Below are positions 63,440 through 64,000 of a stretch of 64,000 nt of DNA, piece by piece. Under the pieces are notes generated by a model. That model searched no databases and was not told the origin of the DNA. It was given only the letters and a program-made list of their open reading frames with translations. The stretch is taken from positions 54,748,001 through 54,812,000 of the forward strand of contig NC_045707.1 of the NCBI RefSeq assembly GCF_009834535.1, written 5' to 3'. The DNA comes from Camelus ferus (lineage: Eukaryota). The first letter of the stretch is position 1; each line of letters begins with the position of its first letter. The translations under genes and the position numbers were made by a program.

Positions 63440-63732
63440 CAAAAACTTGCTTTTTTTCTTTCCTGAAGATAAGGGGGCATTTCATCTGTTGGTCAGTTCA
63501 GTCCCTTTACTTGGAAAGCCCTTTTTCTCCATCATTCTCCATCTACGGAAACACATTATGTCTGGGTTCCTAATCTAATGATGCCCTGCGGTAGAACTAC
63601 TTTTACCTGTCTTATCTTGATGCTACTTGACGGTTTCTGGAAGCTAAGAACTTGATTTCTTCCATCTTATTTACTGCATCGTCTCATAATTGGTAGCTGC
63701 TCAAAAACTGTTTGCTGTATGAATGAGTGAGT
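63440..63732 (+). mobile_element. L2 3' end
   Basis: ttcttccatcttatttactgc...gctgctcaaaaactgtttgctgtatgaatgagtga. Confidence 0.5.
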
Positions 63733-64000
63733 TTTGCCCACATCATCCCAAGTGCCTTATTTCCTTTATCATCTCTGCTTGAAAACAGGTTTGTAGCTTG
63801 TTTGATACAATGTTCCCACAGATGTTGGAAGGCGAGTGCTCTATAAAGCCCCCATGGAAGGAAGATTTATAACTCTTTATTTCTTCCACTGCTTTAGTGG
63901 CTTAGTTAGGGAAGCATGTAATATAGCTTGAAGCAGTGTGAGACACTAGAGCATCGCAAGGAAGAGTTTGAGTTCATCTCAGTTTTTTTCATGAGCAAAA

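Noticed and set aside
1..64000. Short ORFs (60-150 aa) in the six-frame track outside the L1 elements
   Set aside because: None resembles a protein I recognise. Most lie in repeats, are antisense to L1, or are low-complexity, as expected by chance.

Overview
This is AT-rich mammalian non-coding DNA (intronic or intergenic). It is very likely from a camelid (alpaca, llama or camel): it carries two tRNA-Ala-derived SINEs of the vic-1 type and artiodactyl-type L1 3' ends, and I saw no Alu, Bov-A/Bov-B or PRE1 elements. I could not support any host protein-coding exon, RNA gene or CRISPR-like system. The dominant feature is a full-length but inactivated LINE-1 at about 44252-50742 on the + strand, with a target-site duplication (TSD), a YY1-type 5' end, a near-intact ORF1 and a disrupted ORF2. 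The rest is a layered transposon landscape: truncated young and old L1s, L2, MIR, MaLR/ERVL/ERV1 solo LTRs, hAT DNA transposons (MER3, MER63, MER81), microsatellites and short tandem duplications. The most notable details are a tiny twin-primed (inverted) L1 insertion, a MIR split by two independent solo LTRs, a palindromic double octamer site in an MLT1J-like LTR, a candidate CTCF site, and a facing (CA)n/(TG)n pair. Family names come from recall of consensus sequences, not from a database search, and the boundaries of old repeats are approximate. I found no convincing new biological system.
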